Source: an archaeon
GTDB lineage: Archaea; EX4484-52; GLR71
Assembly (NCBI GenBank): GCA_013138805.1
Contig: WTCA01000030.1
Span: forward strand, 1-56,983
DNA: 56,983 nt
Direction: 5' to 3'
Of this stretch, positions 14,657 to 22,900 are shown piece after piece. The number at the start of each line of letters is the position of its first letter. Positions within the stretch are counted from its first letter, which is position 1. The notes beneath the pieces were generated by a model. The model had not been told where the DNA came from, made no database searches, and saw only the letters and a list, made by a program, of their open reading frames with translations. Both the position numbers and the translations under genes were made by a program.

Positions 14657-17094
14657 TTTTTCAACACCTTTTTTCTTTTTTGGGTTTTGACGGGTCTCTT
14701 TTCTTTCCGGGAAGCCATACTCAGCTTTGTCTTTCTTGTCTGGAAAATATGATTGCGGATATCAAATATCATCTGCCTGTTAATTTTTCTTAATCCCTGA
14801 TCGTATGTGTTTATCAATCTTCGTCTACGAAACAGAAGCGCTGTTGAAATGCTGATGAATGCAAATGCTACAAGAGATATGGCTTCGCCCTGAGCTATCA
14901 TGAATAAAGATTGCCCTGTCGGCATACCGATTGATGGAAACAGATCAAAAGATAAAAGGGTTTCTGAAGTGTCTGATGACATAGATACTGTATCTATGCT
15001 TTCGTTTCTCAATGGAAGTATGTTCATCACAAAACTATGCTCTTTAGAAAAACCTGCACCTGAAATCTCAAAAGATGCACTTGTAATGCCGGCAGTCGCA
15101 TTTTCAGGTATTACGAAATAGACAATTACAGGAATGTCTTCAGACGCTTTTAAGATATTGATTGTTTCAGGGTATATCATCTGATAATAACTGTCCGGTA
15201 TGTTTTTCAATGAAATTGAGATGTTTGACAGATCAGCTTCACCCGTGTTTATCACAAGAAACTGCACTTCGGATGATTCGCCTGGATTTAACCTGACAGT
15301 ATCAGGACTTACTACAGATATATCTTTGCTTTTTACAATCTCAAAATCAATCTGTTTCTGTGATGAGATATAAGGGTCTTTAGACAACTCTATAAGAAGT
15401 GTATAATTGCCTTCAATACCAGGATTTTGTATATTGAAAGAAAAAAGCCCTTTGGAATCTGAGACAGATGATGCGGCTATGGATGTTGCTTCAATAGATG
15501 CGTTCAAGATTGCATCAGGGACTATATCTTTTGCGCTGTCCTGGCTTAAGCCTGTTATAATTATATTCTCGTTTATATTATAACTTGTCTTTTCAAGAGC
15601 AGCTCCGAGGTTCAAAGAATCCCTGTTGCCCACAATGTATGCTGCATCAAGCGCAGCATCAGCAATTGTTGCAGTCTTTCTCAGGCTGTCTATAACTGAG
15701 GAGATAATAATCCATTCGGAACTACATTTCCTGTTTCCTGTATTCCAGCTATTGCATACATATACTTCAATTGATGAGATATCATTGATTTTTGCAGGAT
15801 CGTATTTTATCTTAATGTCGGCAGAAGAATAATCCAGCTCTGATGCTATTGCATAATAGAATATGCCTTCGCCTGAAATGCCGCTCACAGAAGTTGTAGG
15901 GAGAGATTGATATTTTACAGGGTCATCAAAATCCTCTATGTCTGCATCAAATATGTCAAGCACTGCAAAATTATCTTCTACCTGTATGTCATAGGTATCC
16001 GGAGGAAATGAGATTGAATATTTCCCGGAAATATCTGTCCTGACATCTTTTGTGAGACTTCCGGAATCAAACATAATATCAACCTTATGATTGCCTGAGT
16101 CTGAAAATATTACTCCTGAAGCAGATATGACATATATTATGTTTTCAGAATCCTGAGCTGTATGAGTACTGTCATCAAAATCTACTTTAATCTTATGCCT
16201 GCCTGCGGATAATGAAGGAAGCTCAAATGCCAGATCGTAAGCATTGCTTGCGGATGATGAGGAAATATCAAAAACATCTACCTTTGTTGAATCCAGACGA
16301 ACAGATATATAGTCTTCCAATATTGTTATGGGAATGCCGCGATAGGTTGCTTTGAGTGTTGCTGTAATCGTATCTCCTGAAGACACCCAGTCCTTATCAA
16401 CATCAGTGATTGAAAAATCTAAAGGAGGTATTATATTCACAGCCTTATCTATTGAGACTTCAGCACCTGAATAATCTGCTGATATAGAAAGAGTATAGGT
16501 ATTTGATGCAAGTGCATCAGTCTCAAATCTTAAAACCCACCCTTTCTCAAAGTCATAATATGGTTGTGATGCAAAAGAGATTACTTCACCATCCATAGAT
16601 ATGCTGAAAGAGACATCATTAGATGTTATCGTATTTCCGTCTTTTTTGACAAATATGCTTATCTCTGCCATATCCCCTATGTATATCGGTGATGCTATAC
16701 TGCTTATCTCAATACTCAGATTTGAGACAGTGAATGATATTGAAGAATTTACTGATTCGCCCAATTCGTTTTCACAATAAGCAATGACATCAAAAGTTCC
16801 TGCCTTATTGAAATTTGATGATTCGGCGGTTGAAATTGACAGATAATATGTGCTGTTCACATCAGGAATGAAATAATTGCCGGGAAACAATGCAGTTGAA
16901 GTGCTAATGTCTGCATACACGCCGGATATTACTGAACCGTTGTCGTCGGTACAGTTAAGGAAGATTGTTTCTGTCTCGCCAAGCCAGATCTCCTGCGACT
17001 GGACAGAAAGATTGTTGATTACCGGATATGCATATGCAAAATTTCCGAGAGATAACAGGGATATGAAAATAAACAAAAATACTCCCCATCTCAT
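14653..17094 (-). CDS. 813-aa type-I surface protein (signal peptide, multiple Ig/CARDB-like domains, C-terminal TM, ~60-aa highly basic cytoplasmic tail)
   Basis: Signal MRWGVFLFIFISLLSLGNFAYA/YP. Anchor ISLVAFAFISISTALLF followed by RRRRLINTYDQGLRKINRQ...RKEKRPVKTQKRKKVLKN. ATG at 17092-17094. Confidence 0.7.
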   Translation of the reverse strand: MRWGVFLFIFISLLSLGNFAYAYPVINNLSVQSQEIWLGETETIFLNCTDDNGSVISGVYADISTSTALFPGNYFIPDVNSTYYLSISTAESSNFNKAGTFDVIAYCENELGESVNSSISFTVSNLSIEISSIASPIYIGDMAEISIFVKKDGNTITSNDVSFSISMDGEVISFASQPYYDFEKGWVLRFETDALASNTYTLSISADYSGAEVSIDKAVNIIPPLDFSITDVDKDWVSSGDTITATLKATYRGIPITILEDYISVRLDSTKVDVFDISSSSASNAYDLAFELPSLSAGRHKIKVDFDDSTHTAQDSENIIYVISASGVIFSDSGNHKVDIMFDSGSLTKDVRTDISGKYSISFPPDTYDIQVEDNFAVLDIFDADIEDFDDPVKYQSLPTTSVSGISGEGIFYYAIASELDYSSADIKIKYDPAKINDISSIEVYVCNSWNTGNRKCSSEWIIISSVIDSLRKTATIADAALDAAYIVGNRDSLNLGAALEKTSYNINENIIITGLSQDSAKDIVPDAILNASIEATSIAASSVSDSKGLFSFNIQNPGIEGNYTLLIELSKDPYISSQKQIDFEIVKSKDISVVSPDTVRLNPGESSEVQFLVINTGEADLSNISISLKNIPDSYYQMIYPETINILKASEDIPVIVYFVIPENATAGITSASFEISGAGFSKEHSFVMNILPLRNESIDTVSMSSDTSETLLSFDLFPSIGMPTGQSLFMIAQGEAISLVAFAFISISTALLFRRRRLINTYDQGLRKINRQMIFDIRNHIFQTRKTKLSMASRKEKRPVKTQKRKKVLKN

Positions 17095-17109
17095 ACAAAT
17101 CTCCTTAAA

Positions 17110-17853
17110 TCAATCCAATAAATCCATGAACATGCCAATCAGTTTTCTGATACCTGATTCTTTTTTGAGCAAAAATGTCTTTTCACCATAAAATCTTCCA
17201 TCCTCACTTACAGCGACCAGGGTAATCTCTGATTCACGGAACACACCTGCATCATAATTTATGTAGATTGTTCTTGATTTTCCTGCAATCACATCTTCAA
17301 TAACATTCTGCTCAAAAAGCCATCCTGCAGTATATTTTACAGGATAGATGATTATTTTTCCGGTATCATTTTCTGCGGTGATCTTGATTTTGATCTTATC
17401 ATCATATACGCGGACCATCTCAATATCTACCGCATCGGAAGATGTTGACGCATCGTTAAAGATCCAGGTAATATTTCCAATATCAACAATGTCATAAGCC
17501 CTGTAAAGTCTTGCATCTGCTGTAATTATTTTGTCTTTCGGCTCATACCAATACATATTTATTGTGTCTCTCTCACCGGGATTAAGCAAAGATTCGCTGC
17601 TCCATATTGATGTGACTTTTTTGGTCCCGTCAGATATATCAAGCCGAATACGGGCAGCATAAGCAACACTTCCGGAATTGAACACATCATAACTTGCAGA
17701 CATAACATTGCTGTTTAACATGCAGCAATCAATATATTTTATATCTGTATTCAATAATTCAATAACATTGACTTCAATAGAGGTGCTGCATACAGCAGGG
17801 ACCATCATTAAGATAAACAATAAAGATAGTGTCAATTGCCTGTTTTTCGACAT
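17110..17853 (-). CDS. Secreted hypothetical protein (247 aa)
   Basis: Signal MSKNRQLTLSLLFILMMVPAVCS/TS. The ATG at 17851-17853 is preferred over the GTG at 17862. It lies 13 nt downstream of the preceding stop. Confidence 0.6.
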   Translation of the reverse strand: MSKNRQLTLSLLFILMMVPAVCSTSIEVNVIELLNTDIKYIDCCMLNSNVMSASYDVFNSGSVAYAARIRLDISDGTKKVTSIWSSESLLNPGERDTINMYWYEPKDKIITADARLYRAYDIVDIGNITWIFNDASTSSDAVDIEMVRVYDDKIKIKITAENDTGKIIIYPVKYTAGWLFEQNVIEDVIAGKSRTIYINYDAGVFRESEITLVAVSEDGRFYGEKTFLLKKESGIRKLIGMFMDLLD

Positions 17854-17865
17854 AATATGCACCGA

Positions 17866-18414
17866 TCATAAAAACAATTTCATAAAATTGTATCTTGCCC
17901 TCTTGACAACCAGGTTTATTTCACCTGAATAATTCCCCATAGGAGTATTCTTATCTGTCTTAAGCATAATCTCTATATCCTTAGTAACTTCAGGCCTAAG
18001 ATAAAAATTATTATCATTATAATGAATCATTGAAGAGATATTTCCGTATGCAAAAAACAGCATCTTTGCTGTATCTTCCTGTGTATTTTTCAAGGTCAAA
18101 AAACGCATCCCTATGGCACCGCCTGTCGGCACCACCCCAAAATCAAGACTTGTTGAATCAAGAGAGAAACCAATTGATATATTCTGCCCTTCAATAACGC
18201 TTATCTCTACAGATGTCGGATATTTGCTGATCTCGTAAGTGAAGAACAGATTATTATCATATAAAACTGTATGATCAGTCACAAGCGTATCAGGTTCAAT
18301 ATATGGCATAATCAACATATCTGCCCTGGAGAATGCAAATAGAGATATAATCATAAATATTGGCAAAAACAAAGCATATTTTTTGATTTTTTGATTTTTT
18401 GATGATTTACTCAT
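17866..18414 (-). CDS. Secreted/membrane hypothetical protein (182 aa) with PapD/ASH-like beta-sandwich motif
   Basis: Signal-anchor YALFLPIFMIISLFAFSRA. SLDFGVVPTGGAIGMRFLTLKNT resembles ASH/PapD-like openings. Codons 5-12 contain a 3x 8-nt tandem repeat. Confidence 0.6.
   Translation of the reverse strand: MSKSSKNQKIKKYALFLPIFMIISLFAFSRADMLIMPYIEPDTLVTDHTVLYDNNLFFTYEISKYPTSVEISVIEGQNISIGFSLDSTSLDFGVVPTGGAIGMRFLTLKNTQEDTAKMLFFAYGNISSMIHYNDNNFYLRPEVTKDIEIMLKTDKNTPMGNYSGEINLVVKRARYNFMKLFL
18378..18401 (-). repeat. Perfect 3-copy tandem repeat of an 8-nt unit (plus ATTTTTTG, coding strand CAAAAAAT) in the 5' end of the 182-aa gene
   Basis: Read directly: attttttg attttttg attttttg at 18378-18401, encoding ...SKNQKIKK... 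The unit length is not a multiple of 3. Confidence 0.9.
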
Positions 18415-18498
18415 AGCAATCTAAAATAAATTAGTCCTGAGTGCTTATATAATTTATGAGAAACAGGGTTTTAATTCCCGATTTTTATATAATATCCA

Positions 18499-19506
18499 CT
18501 ATAATTTTCGTGTATTTCCAGCATCTTTCCTGTAAATGAAATATGCAACGACCAGTATTATTATCAATATTATCCAGAACATATTATTTCCCCTAGCGAT
18601 ATCCAACCGGGAAGCTTCTACTTTTGGGATAATCTTTGGCTTCTCTATAGATAACATAACCTGTTTTGATGATGAATTTATGTTATAAAATACTGTTGAA
18701 TTTACAAGATAGTTATCAGGAGATATCTTATCAGAATTGAATCTGGCACTCAAGACTCCAATCTCATCAGGCGATACAGATACATATCCGGAACGTCCTG
18801 TATCAACCAATGTGCCGTTTTCATAATATATTGCTACATCCGGGCTATATGATGAGAATGTTGCAGTGCCTGTATTCTGAAAATATATATCAAGAATGAC
18901 ATCATTAGCCGAACTGCCCTGCATGATATCCAATACATTGCCGCTGACAACACAAACACCATCAACCTTAAATTTTACGGTGATTGCCACCAATGCGACT
19001 ATACTTACGGAGCTGCCTGAGTCTTTGCTGATATAAGGTGTTGGCGCTATCCTGAATGCATGATAACACGGTTCTGCATCATCAGGAATTTCCAAGACAA
19101 AATTTACTTTTTTCCAGTCCGATATGGTTCCGCCCTTAGTGTTCAATAAGACATTGGCGGGTTTGAGCACATAAGGATTATCTGGAAAATATACCCATAC
19201 TGAGCTGTCCACTTCTGAAACAAGATTCACTATATCTGAATTTGCAGGTTTTTTGAAAAAATCAAGATTTGCAGGCGAAGATGTTAATTTCACAACAATC
19301 TCATCAGGCGATGATGTCACAATAAAAAATGAGCCTACAACCTTTTCTCCCCTATCCAAAGTTCCAAGATCTATAACTAATGGGGAAACACCGACCTGAA
19401 ACTCTTTTGCAGATACAGGAGCTGTCAGGATGAAAGATATGAAGATATAAATCATTAAGATATAGCCGGCTGCGCAAAATTGTTTTTTTGAAAATGAGAA
19501 TATCAT
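18499..19506 (-). CDS. 335-aa type-I surface protein (signal peptide, two beta-sandwich domains, C-terminal TM)
   Basis: Signal GYILMIYIFISFILTAPVSA/KEF. Anchor MFWIILIIILVVAYFIYRKD. The ATG at 19504-19506 is preferred over the GTG at 19515. Confidence 0.65.
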   Translation of the reverse strand: MIFSFSKKQFCAAGYILMIYIFISFILTAPVSAKEFQVGVSPLVIDLGTLDRGEKVVGSFFIVTSSPDEIVVKLTSSPANLDFFKKPANSDIVNLVSEVDSSVWVYFPDNPYVLKPANVLLNTKGGTISDWKKVNFVLEIPDDAEPCYHAFRIAPTPYISKDSGSSVSIVALVAITVKFKVDGVCVVSGNVLDIMQGSSANDVILDIYFQNTGTATFSSYSPDVAIYYENGTLVDTGRSGYVSVSPDEIGVLSARFNSDKISPDNYLVNSTVFYNINSSSKQVMLSIEKPKIIPKVEASRLDIARGNNMFWIILIIILVVAYFIYRKDAGNTRKL

Positions 19507-19515
19507 TCCTATCAC

Positions 19516-19570
19516 AGATTAAATTATAGAAGAACCCTATATATATTTAAACATTATAATATGATATCAT
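19516..19570. promoter_or_regulatory. Divergent A/T-rich promoter region with TATA-like elements
   Basis: TATATATATTTAAA (about 19543-19556) and TTCTATAATTTA (19522-19533, read on the minus strand) lie between the divergent starts at 19506 (-) and 19571 (+). This probably marks the start of a second transcription unit within the cluster. Confidence 0.4.
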
Positions 19571-19930
19571 ATGAAATATTATTTTTCAGATATATTAATC
19601 ATACTTTTCATGTTCATGTTAATCAATGCCACACATACATATCTTCATGAATCCATAGATGCAGACATCTGTGAAAACTTTGGAGGCACAGCAAATGTAG
19701 AATATTCTTTTCTTATGCAGGGCGGGACAACCAAATGCACGACAACAGACGGCGCTATATATCACACAATAAATGATATAGTAAGCTATACTACAAGCAT
19801 ACTTATATTGACAATGTTTGCATGCCTTATATTCTTAACATTATTTTTTGAAAAAAGATATAGCTCTTATGCGAACAAGAAAAGACTATCAACAGCTAAC
19901 GAGATAATACTAAAAACACATGTAAGATAG
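19571..19930 (+). CDS. Small two-TM membrane protein (119 aa), the only plus-strand gene inside the cluster
   Basis: ATG at 19571. TM1 is ILIILFMFMLINA. The ectodomain has 2 Cys (CENFGG...KCTTTDG). TM2 is SILILTMFACLIFLTLFF. A 119-codon open frame in AT-rich DNA is unlikely by chance. Its stop is 1 nt from the stop of the convergent 1964-aa gene. Confidence 0.5.
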   Translation: MKYYFSDILIILFMFMLINATHTYLHESIDADICENFGGTANVEYSFLMQGGTTKCTTTDGAIYHTINDIVSYTTSILILTMFACLIFLTLFFEKRYSSYANKKRLSTANEIILKTHVR

Positions 19931-19931
19931 A

Positions 19932-22900
19932 TTATTTCAATTTTTTTATCTTCTTATCTATACCAAGAAGCTTACCTTCATTAAGCTGTTTCAATTCCTT
20001 ATAGGATTCATTGTTTATTATGCCTTCTTTGGATTCGGTCTCCAAAAGCTTCAATACTCTTTGAATTTTCTCTTTATCGTTTTCAAAGTCTTTTTTCCTG
20101 GTCTCTATCTCTTCTTTGCTCAATGATTTTTTCAGATACCGCTGAAGTGATGCTTTCAATTTGTACTTGTCTTTCTTTCGTATCCACCAGACACTGATAT
20201 ATGCAAAAACTGCCAGCATAATCAGAACCTTTAAGGCAAAAATCCAGATACTGTCTTTCCAGTCAGTATCATCAGCCTCAGATGGCGTCTCAAGAATCAT
20301 CTTGGCCTGCTTTATCAACCCGGAAACCACCTGTATATTCTGAAGAGCTTCATCATATTTCTTGTTGTCAAGATTATTTTCAGCAAGCTCAATCTGTATC
20401 CATGCCTGCTCAACAACCCCCCATACTCTTGATACATCTTTTCCTATGTTCTGTGAAAAATATATATCATCTTCAAGTTTATGAAGTTCAATCTTAAGAT
20501 TTATTATATCCTGCCTTATCAAATCTTCAATTGATGTGAATACAACAAGACGGCCTATTTTATCGGTCACGGCCTCATCAGAATTTGCGATAAGTGTAAA
20601 AGGATATGCACCGGATTCTGAACCTGCAGGTATCTTGTATTCTATAAGAAATAATGTGCTGTTTCCTGAAGGCATCACCTCATATTTTTTTGGCGTGATA
20701 TTATACCATGAAGTAGGTATACCTGCCAGTGTCAAGGTTATATTCTTTATTTCAAGGTTACCATTGTTCCTGACACGTACTCCTGTAATATCTGTCCAGC
20801 CCTGCACGATGTTTATCTCTTTGTTATAGGATTCAATATTAATATTGTAATCCTTATCAAATACAGGAATCGGACCTAAATCAGCATACATATCAGAATC
20901 ATCATCCGAAAAACTTCCACTTGAAGGCGGGATATATTCCGGTACATCCGGTATATCCGGAGGCGTAGGAATCTCAAATTCTTCTTCAATAACTTCAAAA
21001 GTTGCGGTTGCGATAATCGGTGCCTGAACATTATCATATGTTGCCTTGAGATTAAGCGTATTCAATCCGATATACTGGTTTGAAAATATGTATGCGTTTC
21101 TTAAAATTGTTACATTTACACCGACAGGCGTAAGCACGGCCTCACTGTTGTAATAATATGTATCATTTCCTGCGGAGACCCAATAATCTAAAAATACATC
21201 CTGAGTTACCTCACCCATATTTTCTATCAATATCTCAAAATTGACATAATCCTGGCGAGGCACTTCCATAGGGGGCAATATTGTTACACGGACATCATAA
21301 GGGCCGCCTTTTGCAACACGGAACGGTTTTACAATCTGGCTTACAAAACCCTCTTTTGATGCTGTAAGGATTGCAAAATAGTAGCCGGAGGAAGAATTTA
21401 TAGGCATAGCATACTTATAATGATAAAGACCTGTGGAAGTCCTGTTGGCATCACTTAAATTTATGTTAAAATACAGGTTCTCTGCAGGATCATATACGAA
21501 AAGAGTCATATTATCAGGATCTGTCACATTTCCTGCATAAGAAAACCACATCTCAAAACGTATCACATTGTCAGGATACCATACAACTGCAGTCTCAAGG
21601 TCTGCTGTCAGCCCTCCGCCACCTCCAGAGCTTCCTGACAGGAGAGTAAATGTTGCATTATCTGATGAATTGATTACTGTCTCTAAAACAAAGTCATAAT
21701 ATGAAAGGTCTGCCGTAAGATTATAGTCACCTACAGGAGCATCATTTGCAAGGTCAAAAGTAGGTATAGGAGATACCTGCCCTGTTGAATCAGTTGTGAA
21801 ATCATTTATATAGATAATATTTCCTAAAGGGTCAGCAAGAGATATAGTTACATTTGCACCGGGTATGCCTGCACCCATAATATCTGTCAGAGTATAATAG
21901 ATAGAGCCTGTAGACCCCTGATAATATTTAGTTGAACCGGGAGTGAAACCAACAATCAAGTCAGTATAGATCTTAAAAGAGGTATTGCTGTAACCAACAA
22001 CACCCGTATTGTCCTGTGCGTATATTGTCACATTATATGTACCGTATATCAAAGTGTTGCCTGTATAATTTGATACATTTCCAGAATAATTGATATAGTC
22101 AGACATGTTTCCTGAATAATTAAAGAACCATAAACTTGAATCACCATCTGTTGAAACCCAAGACATATTAAATATTTCAACAGTACTATTTGGCAAAGTT
22201 AGATTCATCATTGTCCAGTTTATACCGGTTGTGGACCTGTCAGTAATATTTGCAAAAATTTCAATATTTGTATTCTGCTTAGCAACAGTCTCACTCAAAT
22301 TTAAAGAAAACAACGGCACGATATAAGGTATAAGAGTTATGTTAAAATCATAAGATAAAGGTACCGCATCAAGATTTGTTGTGTTTAAAGTATAGTTCTC
22401 ATAATAAAAACCTTTTGTCACATTTGTAACATTATAGAGGAATTCAATGACATATGTGGAGTTCTTAAGAACTGTCATGTCAGTCTCATTGACTGATGTA
22501 TAATTCACATCTATAGAATTTACAGTAATGTTTATCGGAACATTGCCTGTATTTTTAATACTGACAAGACAAACCGTGCCTGTGTCCGGATTCTCTGACC
22601 TTTCACAGGATTTAGGCGTTATATCCCACTCGCGCCTTGTCAAGACTGTCACATTGAGCTCAACTGTATCATAGCCACCGTCAACAGATGTTATGTTTAT
22701 TGTTCCTGTATAATTTCCAGGTGAATAAGCAAAGGGTACTGATACATTCACAAAAACCATCTGAGATATATTTACTCCTAAAGATGAGATATTGACAGGG
22801 CTGAATGTAATTGTGAAATCGGAAAGATCAGATACTGTAAATGTTGTGTCTGTCAGATTATCATTCCCTAAATTGAATATTGTGAAATTTCCAGCAAGAA

